DNA of 64,000 bases, from assembly GCA_963851265.1 (NCBI GenBank), contig CAWKNZ010000001.1, positions 64,001-128,000 of the forward strand, written 5' to 3'. This stretch comes from an uncultured Gemmatimonadales bacterium (GTDB lineage: Bacteria > Gemmatimonadota > Gemmatimonadetes > Gemmatimonadales > Gemmatimonadaceae). The notes under the pieces were generated by a model. It was not told the DNA's origin, did not search any database, and saw only the letters and a program-made list of their open reading frames with translations. Each line of letters starts with the position of its first letter. The stretch's first letter is position 1. Positions 49,534-58,006 of this stretch are shown piece by piece. The translations under genes were made by a program, and so were the position numbers.

Positions 49534-50546
49534 GCGACGCCCGGCCGCCGCAGCAGCCACACGAAGAAGGGCACGCCGACGAACGCGGTGACGACGCCGA
49601 TCGGCAGCTCGGTGGCGCCGGCGGCGGTGCGGGCGAGGGTGTCGGCGGCGACGAGGAAGATCGCGCCGGCGAGCGCGGCGCAGGGCAGCAGCGCGCGGTT
49701 GTCGCTCCCCCACACGAGGCGCACCGCGTGCGGCACCACGAGCCCCACGAAGCCGATCGTGCCGCTCACCGCGACCGAGGCGGCGGCGAGCAGCGTGGCC
49801 ACGCCGAAGGCGACGAGCTTGGTGCGCTCGACGCGGGTGCCGAGGTGGGCGGCGGTCGCCTCGCCGACCGCGAGCAGGTTGAGCGGGCGCGCGAGCGCGG
49901 CGAGCACGGCGAGCGCCGGGGCGAGGCAGAGGCCTAACGTGCCCACCGAGCCCCACGTCGCGCCGGCGTGGCTCCCCATCATCCAGAAGATCGCCGAGCG
50001 CACCGCCTCGACGTCGGCGAACGAGAGCGCGAGCCAGATCGCGGCGACGAGGAAGCTGCTCGTCGCGACGCCGGCGAGCAGGAGCACGCGCGCGTCGAGG
50101 GCGCGCCCGACGCCGGCCGCGAGGCGCAGCACGAGCAGCATCGTCAGCGTCGCGCCCGCGAAGGCGGCCGCGGGCAGCGCGAGCGGGGTGCGCGCCGCGA
50201 GCCCCGTCACGACCGTGAGCACCGCGCCGGCGGCCGCGCCGCTCGAGACGCCGAGCACGTACGGGTCGGCGAGCGGATTGCGGAGCAGCGCCTGGAAGGT
50301 CGCCCCGCTCGCCGCGAGCGCGGCGCCGACGAGCGCGGCCTGCGCCGCGCGCGGCAGCCGCAACTCGCGCACGATGGTGACCACGGTCGGGTCGCCGCGG
50401 CCGGCGACGGCGCGCAGCACGGCCCCGGCGCTGAGCGCCGTCGCGCCGAGCCGCACCGCGCCGACGAGGGTCGCGGCGAGCACGGCCGCGAGCACGACGA
50501 GGCGCGTGGCGAGCGTCCAGCGCGAGGGCGAACCGGTGAACGCCAC
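49530..50546 (-). CDS. FecCD/BtuC family permease
   Basis: LRLPR, RNPLADPYVLGVSSGA, GFVGLVVPH, ELPIGV. Confidence 0.93.
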   Translation of the reverse strand: MAFTGSPSRWTLATRLVVLAAVLAATLVGAVRLGATALSAGAVLRAVAGRGDPTVVTIVRELRLPRAAQAALVGAALAASGATFQALLRNPLADPYVLGVSSGAAAGAVLTVVTGLAARTPLALPAAAFAGATLTMLLVLRLAAGVGRALDARVLLLAGVATSSFLVAAIWLALSFADVEAVRSAIFWMMGSHAGATWGSVGTLGLCLAPALAVLAALARPLNLLAVGEATAAHLGTRVERTKLVAFGVATLLAAASVAVSGTIGFVGLVVPHAVRLVWGSDNRALLPCAALAGAIFLVAADTLARTAAGATELPIGVVTAFVGVPFFVWLLRRPGVA

Positions 50547-50547
50547 G

Positions 50548-51597
50548 CTACGGGGCTGCGGTCGCGGGCGCCGCGGTCGCGGGCGCCGCGGTCGCGAGGC
50601 CGGCGCTGACCTCCGGATGCAGCACCGCGCGCAACGCGCGCGCGGCCGCACCGATGTGCGGGCCCGGGCGGTTGACGAGGTTCTCCTCGACCGTGGCCAC
50701 GTGTCCCGCGCGCACCGCCCCCACGTCCCGCCACCCGCCGCGCGCACGCAACTCGGCCAGCGCCGCGCCCGGCGCCTCGCCTCTCGACCGCTCGCCGCGC
50801 GGCACGATGACGAGGTCGGGGTCGCGGTGGACGATCTCTTCCATCGCCACCGTCGGCCACGGCGCCCGCACGTCGGGGAACACCGACTGGCCGCCGGCGA
50901 GGCCGATGAGCTGGGCGATGAAGGTGTGCGGCCCGGCGGTCATTGGCGGGTCGTTGAAGACGACGTAGAACACGCGCGGCCGCGGCCGGCCGGCCACCGA
51001 GGCGCGTACGGCGTCGAAGTCGTGGTGGACCGACGCGGTGACCGCGCGCGCGGCGGAGTCGCGCCCCGTGAGGCGGCCGATCGTCGCGAGGTTGCGGAAC
51101 ACGTCGACCGTGTCCTCGGTGCGCAGCGAGAACACCGGCACGTCCAACGCGGCGAGCTTCTCGCGCACCTGCTGGCGCTTGTCGTTCTCCCAGCCGAGCA
51201 CGAGGTCGGGGTGGAGGGCCACAATGGCCTCGACGCTCGGGTCGAGGCCGCCGCCCACGGACGGCACCGCGGCGACTTCCGGCGCGACGTCGTAGCGCGT
51301 GCGGCCGACGATGCGGTCGGTGGCGCCCAGCGCGACGAGCGTCTCGGTCGCGCTGGGAATGAGGCAGATGATGCGGCGGGCGGGACCGGCGAGGTGGACC
51401 GTCCGGCCGCCGTCGTCGACCAGTGTGAGGCCTGCCGTCGCGGCCGAGTGCGTCGCAGCCGGGTGCGCCGCGGCGGGGTGCGCCGCGGCCGTGCGGTCGG
51501 CGCATCGCGCGGCGCCGAAGAGCACGCACGCGCCGAGCGCGAGCGGCGCGACGAGCGCCGCGGCGCGGCGGAGAGTGCCGATCGGGGGGGAAAACAC
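50548..51597 (-). CDS. Cobalamin ABC substrate-binding protein (BtuF-like)
   Basis: RIICLIPSATE, VGRT, E.IVALHPDLV, RPGP; first gene after the riboswitch. Confidence 0.88.
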   Translation of the reverse strand: MFSPPIGTLRRAAALVAPLALGACVLFGAARCADRTAAAHPAAAHPAATHSAATAGLTLVDDGGRTVHLAGPARRIICLIPSATETLVALGATDRIVGRTRYDVAPEVAAVPSVGGGLDPSVEAIVALHPDLVLGWENDKRQQVREKLAALDVPVFSLRTEDTVDVFRNLATIGRLTGRDSAARAVTASVHHDFDAVRASVAGRPRPRVFYVVFNDPPMTAGPHTFIAQLIGLAGGQSVFPDVRAPWPTVAMEEIVHRDPDLVIVPRGERSRGEAPGAALAELRARGGWRDVGAVRAGHVATVEENLVNRPGPHIGAAARALRAVLHPEVSAGLATAAPATAAPATAAP

Positions 51598-51756
51598 GAA
51601 ACCCGTCCTTCGGATGCCGAGGGACGGGTGGGGGGAGGATGGGGCCGCGGGGACGGCCGAGCCGCGCGGAGCGGCCGGGCCGAACGTGACCGGTGGTCCG
51701 TGGGACCATCCACCCCGCACCCCTCCCTCGAGGGGCTTGCATGCGGGCGCGGGCGG

Positions 51757-51950
51757 GGCCGGTCTCCTGACTCGAGGCGGGGCCGCCCGCCTTCCCGACG
51801 CGGCGCGCGTCAGTGGCGTGGTGGGCGGTCCGGGGGCGGCGGGCGTGCAGCCAGCTGCGCTGCACGGGTCGTCGCGCCTCTCACAGTGGCGGGGCCGTGC
51901 CGGATTCGCACCGGCTTCCAACTACGTGACCCCGCTCGCACCATCAGTTG
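51757..51950 (-). ncRNA. Cobalamin riboswitch
   Basis: Minus strand GGAAGCCGGTGCGAATCCGGCACGGCCCCGCCACTGT ... GCCACTG ... GGGAAGG ... AGTCAGGAGACCGGCC (B12 box); ends approximate. Confidence 0.93.
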
Positions 51951-52033
51951 TCCGGTCAACCCTAGCGCGCGACGGGGTCGGTGGCAACCGGCTTGCCCCG
52001 ATCGCCACCGTGCACTCCTGCTCGCTCATCGCC

Positions 52034-53191
52034 GTGTTCGTCCGACGGCTCCCCCCACGGTTGGGTTGCCGCGTCGCGGCCGTGGTCGCTCTCGCGGCAG
52101 CTGCGCGTGCGACCGCGGCGCAGCCCGCCCACTCGCAGCCCGCCCACCCGCAGCCCGCCCACCCGCAGCCGGCGCGCCCCGCGGCCGTGCACGGCCTCTA
52201 CGTTCCGGCCGCGGTCGCGGGGTCGCGTCCGGCTCTCGATTCGCTGCTCGACCGATTGCGCGGAACGAGCGTCAACGCGGTGGTGCTCGACGTCAAGGAG
52301 AACGGGGTCGTGCCGTACCGCAGCCGCGTGCCGCTCGCGCGCGCGGTCGGTGCGGTGCGCCCGGTGATCGCCGACCTGCCCGCACTGCTGCGCGCGGTGC
52401 GCGCGCGCGGGCTGTACCCCATTGCGCGCATCGTCTGCTTCCGCGACCCGGTGCTGGCCGGCGCGCGCCCCGACCGGGCGATCCTGGGGCGGGACGGGCG
52501 GCCGTGGCTCGACCCCGCCTACCGCCAGCGGTGGGTGGATCCGTACGACGCGCGCGTGTGGGCGTACAACGTCGCGCTCGCGCGCGAGGCGGTCGCGTCC
52601 GGCTTCGGCGAGGTGCAGTGGGACTACGTGCGCTTCCCCGACGTGCCCGACTCGGTGCGCGCGGGCCTCGTGTTCCCGGCCGCGCACGGGCGGTCGCCCG
52701 CCGCCGCCATCGACGCGTTCGTCGCGGGTTCGCGCCTGACGTTAGGCCGGCTCGGCGCGCCGGTGACGGTCGACGTGTTCGGCCGCGCGATCACCGAGTC
52801 CGGCGACTCGGAGGGGATCGGCCAGGACTGGGACTCGCTCGCCACGACGGCCGACGCGATCCTGCCGATGATCTACCCGTCGCACTACCGCGCGGGCAAC
52901 TTCGACCTGCCCGACCCGAACGCCGCGCCCTACGAGCTGGTCCGGCGCGCGATGGCGGCGGCGGTGGCGCGCACCCGCTCCCTCCCGCGCGCGCGGGCGC
53001 GCATCCGCCCGTGGCTGCAGGCGTTCACCCTCGGCGCGCCGCCGTACGGGGGGGACGAGGTGCGGGCACAGGTGCGGGGGGCCGCCGACGCGGGGGTGCG
53101 GGAATGGGTGTTGTGGAACGCGGCCGGGGAGTATTCGGACGACGTGCTGGCCGGCGTGGCGCGGGACAGGGGCGGACGTGGGGGGCCGTGA
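52034..53191 (+). CDS. Exported putative glycoside hydrolase (DUF4015-like)
   Basis: NAVVLDVK, IARIVCFRD, WVDPY, GFGEVQWDYVRFPD, PMIYPSHY, RPWLQAF, WNA; start approximate. Confidence 0.8.
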   Translation: MFVRRLPPRLGCRVAAVVALAAAARATAAQPAHSQPAHPQPAHPQPARPAAVHGLYVPAAVAGSRPALDSLLDRLRGTSVNAVVLDVKENGVVPYRSRVPLARAVGAVRPVIADLPALLRAVRARGLYPIARIVCFRDPVLAGARPDRAILGRDGRPWLDPAYRQRWVDPYDARVWAYNVALAREAVASGFGEVQWDYVRFPDVPDSVRAGLVFPAAHGRSPAAAIDAFVAGSRLTLGRLGAPVTVDVFGRAITESGDSEGIGQDWDSLATTADAILPMIYPSHYRAGNFDLPDPNAAPYELVRRAMAAAVARTRSLPRARARIRPWLQAFTLGAPPYGGDEVRAQVRGAADAGVREWVLWNAAGEYSDDVLAGVARDRGGRGGP

Positions 53192-53291
53192 CCGGCCGGG
53201 TCACCGGCCGGCGCGACGCTCCCTTCCGCGCGGCGCTCCCAGGGGCGCCCCTCGTCACCGCAGATTCCCGACGCTCTCCCTACCCGCCGAC

Positions 53292-54875
53292 ATGCACGCT
53301 GCCGTTCCTGCCCGCGTCCTGATGGTCCAGGGCACCACGTCGGACGCCGGCAAGTCGACGCTGGTGGCCGCGCTCTGTCGCGTGTTCGCCCGCGCCGGCT
53401 ACCGAGTCGCCCCGTTCAAGGCGCAGAACATGTCGAACAACGCCGCCGTGGTCGACGGCGGCGAGATCGGGCGCGCGCAGGCCGTGCAGGCGACGGCCGC
53501 GGGCGTCGCGCCCACGGTCGACATGAACCCCGTGCTGCTCAAGCCGCAGGGCGACCGCACGTCGCAGCTCGTCGTGTTGGGCCGCGCGCAGCGCGCGCAC
53601 GACGCGGTGGGCTACTACGCGCGGAAGGCCGAGCTGTGGCCGGTGGTCACGGCCGCGCTCGACCGGCTGCGCTCCGCGCACGACGTGGTGGTGATCGAGG
53701 GCGCGGGGAGTCCGGCGGAGATCAACCTCGCGCAGTACGACATCGTCAACATGCGCGTGGCGCGATACGCGGGCGCGCCGGTGCTGCTCGTCGGCGACAT
53801 CGAGCGCGGGGGCGTGTTCGCCGCGCTCTACGGCACGGTCGCGCTGCTCGCCCCCGAGGAGCGCGCACTCGTGCGCGGCTTCGTGATCAACAAGTTCCGC
53901 GGCGACCCGTCGCTGCTCACGCCCGGGTTCGCGATGCTGGAGGAGCGCACGGGCGTGCCGACGTTGGGCGTCCTGCCCTACCTCGACCTGTCGCGCGTGC
54001 CGGCGGAGGACGGGCTCGCACTCGACGCGCAGGGGCGCCTCGCGGGCCTCGCGCACGACGACGAGGGATCCCCCGCGCTCGACGTCGCCGTCCTGCGCCT
54101 GCCGCGGATCGCGAACCTCGACGAATTCCAGCCGCTCGCCTGCGAGCCCGGCGTGCGCGTGCGCTTCGTGCGCTCCCCCGAAGCGCTCGGCGCCCCCGAC
54201 CTCGTGATCGTTCCCGGCACCAAGGCCACGCGCGCCGACCTCGCCTGGGTGCGCGCGCAGGGGCTCGACGCCGCGGTCCGCCGGGCGCACGCCGCGGGCG
54301 CCCGGGTGCTCGGCATCTGCGGCGGCTACCAGATGCTCGGCCTCCGCGTGGACGACCCGCACGGCGTGGAAGGCGCGCCCGGCGGCGACGACGGGTTCGG
54401 CCTGCTCCCGGTCGCCACCGAGTTCGCGGCCGACAAGGTCACCGCGCGCGTGCGCGCGCGCCCGGGCCACGGCGAACCGTTAGGCGCGCCCGCGGGCCTC
54501 GCGCTCGACGCCTACGAGATCCACATGGGCCGCACGCGCCCGACGGGCCCGCTCGGGCCCCCGCCGTTCGCCGTGGGCGACGCGGGCGCGGCCGACGGCG
54601 CGACGTCGGCGGACGGCACCGTCGTGGGGACGTACCTGCACGGCCTGTTCGAGAACCGCGCGTTCCTGCGTGCGGTGGTCGCGGCCGCGGCCGCCCGCAA
54701 CGGCGTGGCGCTCGCGCCGCACGCCACCGACGGCGGGCCGGACGACCCGCGCGACGGCGCCGTCGAGCGCGCGTTCGACGCGCTGGCCGACTCCGTACGC
54801 GCGCACCTCGACCTCGGGGCCGTGACCGCGATGATGGGACTGCCGCCGCTCCCCGCCCCGCCGCCCGATGACTAA
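53292..54875 (+). CDS. cobQ: Cobyric acid synthase
   Basis: MVQGTTSDAGKS, PFKAQNMS, EGAGSPAEINL, GICGGYQMLG, GTYLHG. Confidence 0.96.
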   Translation: MHAAVPARVLMVQGTTSDAGKSTLVAALCRVFARAGYRVAPFKAQNMSNNAAVVDGGEIGRAQAVQATAAGVAPTVDMNPVLLKPQGDRTSQLVVLGRAQRAHDAVGYYARKAELWPVVTAALDRLRSAHDVVVIEGAGSPAEINLAQYDIVNMRVARYAGAPVLLVGDIERGGVFAALYGTVALLAPEERALVRGFVINKFRGDPSLLTPGFAMLEERTGVPTLGVLPYLDLSRVPAEDGLALDAQGRLAGLAHDDEGSPALDVAVLRLPRIANLDEFQPLACEPGVRVRFVRSPEALGAPDLVIVPGTKATRADLAWVRAQGLDAAVRRAHAAGARVLGICGGYQMLGLRVDDPHGVEGAPGGDDGFGLLPVATEFAADKVTARVRARPGHGEPLGAPAGLALDAYEIHMGRTRPTGPLGPPPFAVGDAGAADGATSADGTVVGTYLHGLFENRAFLRAVVAAAAARNGVALAPHATDGGPDDPRDGAVERAFDALADSVRAHLDLGAVTAMMGLPPLPAPPPDD

Positions 54876-55464
54876 CGGCCCCGCGCACGGGTTCCTCCCC
54901 CTCACCCTGCTGCTCGGCGGCGTGCGCTCGGGCAAGAGCGCGCGCGCGGTCGCGATGGCCGATGCCCTCGCCGGCGCGGACGGGCGCGTGCTCTTCGCGG
55001 CCACGGCCGAGGCCTTCGACGACGACATGGCGCGTCGGATCGCCGCGCACCGGGCGGAGCGCCCACCGCACTGGCACGCGGTCGAGGCCCCGCTCGACCT
55101 CGCCGGGGCGGTCTCGGGCGCGCTCGCGGCGGCGGACGCGCCCTACGCGGCCGTCGTCGTCGACTGCCTCACGCTCTGGACGAGCAACCTGCTCCTCTCG
55201 CTCGCCGACCCGCGCGAGGCGGAGGCGCTCGCGGCCGAGCGCGCGGGGGAGTTGCTCGCCGTCGTGCCGGCCGCGCGGGGCGCGCGGTGGATCGTGGTGA
55301 GCAACGAGGTCGGGCTCGGCGTCGTCCCCGCGAGCGCGTTAGGCCGCGCCTTCCGCGACGCGCTCGGCCGCGTGAACCAGCGCGTCGCGGCCGCGGCCGA
55401 CGAGGTCACGCTGATGGTCGCGGGGCTGGAGGTGCCGGTGCGGGCGCGCCGGCCGCCGGGGTAG
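54868..55464 (+). CDS. cobU: Bifunctional adenosylcobinamide kinase/guanylyltransferase
   Basis: GGVRSGKS, RIAAHR, VDCLTLW, VSNEVGLG, FRDALG..NQ. Confidence 0.95.
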   Translation: MTNGPAHGFLPLTLLLGGVRSGKSARAVAMADALAGADGRVLFAATAEAFDDDMARRIAAHRAERPPHWHAVEAPLDLAGAVSGALAAADAPYAAVVVDCLTLWTSNLLLSLADPREAEALAAERAGELLAVVPAARGARWIVVSNEVGLGVVPASALGRAFRDALGRVNQRVAAAADEVTLMVAGLEVPVRARRPPG

Positions 55465-55477
55465 ACCGACGCGCGCC

Positions 55478-56080
55478 TTACGGCACCGGCGCGCCGACGG
55501 CGCGCGCGATCGCGCGCGCGATCTTCGCGCCGCCAACGACGGAGGGTTCGATGGGGTTGGCGTAGTCGGCGGCCTCGGTGCAGACGAGGCGCAGCTCGAT
55601 CGTCGGCACGTCGTGCTCGGCCGCGAGCCGGAGGATGGCGTCGTTGAACACCGCCAGCGCGACGGCGGCCGTGCGCGCGGTGGGCGGCGCCAGCCGGCCG
55701 TTGTAGACCGTGCACACCGTCACGGGCAGCCCGCGCGCGCGCACCGCGCCGAGCATCGCGCGGTAGCGCGCCTCGAAGCCCTCCACCGCGTCGGCGAGCC
55801 AGCCGAGCACCTCGGCGCTCGACCGGGCGGGCCGGTCGAGAAGGTCGGCGTGGCCGAGCGCGTCGTTGCCGCCCGCGCTCACGACGAGGTGCGTGACGTC
55901 GCGCGGAACGCCCGCGAGCTGGCGCGCGACGTCGGTCAGCACGGCGCCGTCGACCGCGGCCAGCGTGGCCCGCCACGCGGGGGGAAGGACGCCCGCGAGC
56001 TGCGTGCACACGTCGGGGCCGCCGGCCACGTAGGCGGCGTTGTCGAAGATCGAGTCGCCGAGCAGGGCGAGGTGCGGCAT
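55478..56080 (-). CDS. SGNH/GDSL hydrolase
   Basis: LLGDSIFDN, SAGGNDAL, DYANPIEPS. Confidence 0.85.
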   Translation of the reverse strand: MPHLALLGDSIFDNAAYVAGGPDVCTQLAGVLPPAWRATLAAVDGAVLTDVARQLAGVPRDVTHLVVSAGGNDALGHADLLDRPARSSAEVLGWLADAVEGFEARYRAMLGAVRARGLPVTVCTVYNGRLAPPTARTAAVALAVFNDAILRLAAEHDVPTIELRLVCTEAADYANPIEPSVVGGAKIARAIARAVGAPVP

Positions 56081-56419
56081 GAGTCTGGGAACGAGGTGCG
56101 CGCCGGGCGTTCCGTGCAACTGCAGCATAGCCGGTGGCGCAGTCTCGCGGACGCGGCACTGCTCGCGCGCCGCGACCGGCGCGCGTTCGCGTGGACCGTT
56201 CCCGGCGCGCGCGCCGGCGGCGGATCGGACGCCTAACGCGTCCGCCCGCGGCCCGCGCGACGCCGTGCGCGCGGACGCCTCCCGGAAAGTGTAGCAGGAT
56301 TGCCACATCGGTGACGGCCGCACCGTGGTGCGGCGTGTGTCGACGCGCGGACGTCGCCCGACGGCCGGAGGCGATCCCCAGAACTGAATGCTTCAGTTGC
56401 CGCCGTTCGCCGCGATCTG

Positions 56420-57433
56420 CTACGTCGCCAGCGGCCGCAGCCCGCGTTCGATCTCTGCCCGCCGCGGCTCCAGGAACGGCGGCAGCGCCAGACGCTCGCC
56501 GAGGTGCGCCGCATCCTCGTCCGTCGCGAACCCCGGCCCGTCCGTCGCCAGCTCGAACAGGATCCCGTTCGGCTCGCGGAAGTACACCGACTCGAAGTAG
56601 TACCGGTCCACGAGCCCCGACGTGCGCACCCCCGCGCGGGTGAGTCGCTCCAGCCACGCGCGCTGCGCCGCGTCGTCGCGCACGCGCAGGGCGAGGTGGT
56701 GCACGCCCCCGTGCCCCAGCCGCGCGGGCGCGAGTCCGCGACGCTCCGTCACGTGCAACTCCGCGCGCGCCCCGCCTGCCCCGGTTGCGAACGCCACGCG
56801 CTCCGCGCCGGACGCGTCGGGCCCGTCCGCCGCCTCACGTCCCGCCGCACGGAAGTCGAGCACTCCGGTGAGCAGCCGCTCGAGCGGTGCGAGCGACGCG
56901 ACCGTGAGCGACACCGGCCCGAGCCCGCGGATCGCTTGCGCTTCCGGCACCCCGCTCCCCTCCCACGGCGTGAACGCCTCGCCCCCCGCCGACACGTTCA
57001 GCCCCGAGTCCGGATCCCCCGAGTCGTCGACGAGCGCGAAACGCTGACCCTCGCCGTCGACGAACGGCAGCGTCGTGCGCCCGAACTCCTCGCGCGTGGG
57101 CTCGCACGCCACGCCCGCGTCGGCGAGGCGACGCGCCCACCAGTCGACCGCGGCCGCGCCCCGCACGCGCAACGACAGGCGCGCGATCTCGTTCACCCCC
57201 GGGCGCCGCGGCGGCGTCTGCGGCCAGTCGAAGAACGTCACTTCCGTGCCCGGGTTGCCCACCGCGTCGCCGTAGAACAGGTGGTAGGCGCTCACGTCGT
57301 CCTGGTTGACCGTCTTCTTGACGAGTCGCAGCCCGAGCACCCGCGTGTAGAAGTCGAGGTTGCGCTCCGGGGCGGCCGTGACCGCGGTGACGTGGTGCAG
57401 GCCGGCGAGCGGCGGAAGGTCGGCGTTGGGCAT
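56420..57433 (-). CDS. Ring-cleaving dioxygenase (VOC; MhqO/PcpA-like)
   Basis: GLHHVTA, KKTVNQDD...YHLFYG, GGVHHLA, DRYYFESVYFREP, ELATDGPGF. Confidence 0.93.
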   Translation of the reverse strand: MPNADLPPLAGLHHVTAVTAAPERNLDFYTRVLGLRLVKKTVNQDDVSAYHLFYGDAVGNPGTEVTFFDWPQTPPRRPGVNEIARLSLRVRGAAAVDWWARRLADAGVACEPTREEFGRTTLPFVDGEGQRFALVDDSGDPDSGLNVSAGGEAFTPWEGSGVPEAQAIRGLGPVSLTVASLAPLERLLTGVLDFRAAGREAADGPDASGAERVAFATGAGGARAELHVTERRGLAPARLGHGGVHHLALRVRDDAAQRAWLERLTRAGVRTSGLVDRYYFESVYFREPNGILFELATDGPGFATDEDAAHLGERLALPPFLEPRRAEIERGLRPLAT

Positions 57434-57455
57434 CGTGAGAGACCTGGAGGAAAGC

Positions 57456-57953
57456 TCAGCGCAGCGCCGCGCGGCCGCGCACGTCGATGGGCACGCGCAC
57501 GTCGCCCACCGGCGTGTGCGCGAGCACGACCTCGCCGAGCACGCGGAAGTCCGCCGTGCCCGTGGAGGTCGCGGCGCCCACCGCGCCGACGCCGGCGCGC
57601 ACGAGCCCGGCCAGCGGCACGCGCACGGGAAGCAGCAGCGTGGCCGAGTCGCGTGCGCCCACGGACAGCGAGTCCGTCGCCTCCCCGCTCCCGATCTCGG
57701 CCGAGTCGGCCGTCAGGAGGCGGTAGCGTGCGCGCACCGCATGCAACGGGTACGGATTGGGGTTGTGCACGACGGCGGTCACGTCCACCGTGCCCCCATC
57801 CAGCCCCACGCCGCGCAGCGTGGCCCCGGTGAAGGTGAGCGTCGGGCGCTCGAACACCCGGTCGACCGCCGCGCGGCAGCCCGCCGCGACGACGGCGGAG
57901 GTGAGGAGTGCGGCCACGCCGGCGCGTGCGGGGAGTCGTGAGAAGGAGTGCAT
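57456..57953 (-). CDS. LEA_2/WHy-domain lipoprotein
   Basis: AAGC lipobox; VHNPNPYPL motif. Confidence 0.8.
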   Translation of the reverse strand: MHSFSRLPARAGVAALLTSAVVAAGCRAAVDRVFERPTLTFTGATLRGVGLDGGTVDVTAVVHNPNPYPLHAVRARYRLLTADSAEIGSGEATDSLSVGARDSATLLLPVRVPLAGLVRAGVGAVGAATSTGTADFRVLGEVVLAHTPVGDVRVPIDVRGRAALR

Positions 57954-58006
57954 GACCGCTCCCTCTGCAATCGCCGCGCGCGCCGGATCGTCCGCTCGCC
58001 GGGCGC

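Noticed and set aside
51598..51921. N-terminal extension of the BtuF-like ORF to 51921
   Set aside because: Runs through the cobalamin riboswitch; the real start is probably GTG 51597
48166..53322. 1718-aa plus-strand ORF and other long Arg/Ala/Pro-rich ORFs (e.g. 16723..20088 part, most of 4071..8021)
   Set aside because: Off-frame or antisense to well-supported genes; composition typical of GC-rich shadow frames
56081..56419. 340-nt intergenic region as an ncRNA or SGNH N-terminal extension
   Set aside because: No recognisable RNA motif or convincing coding signal
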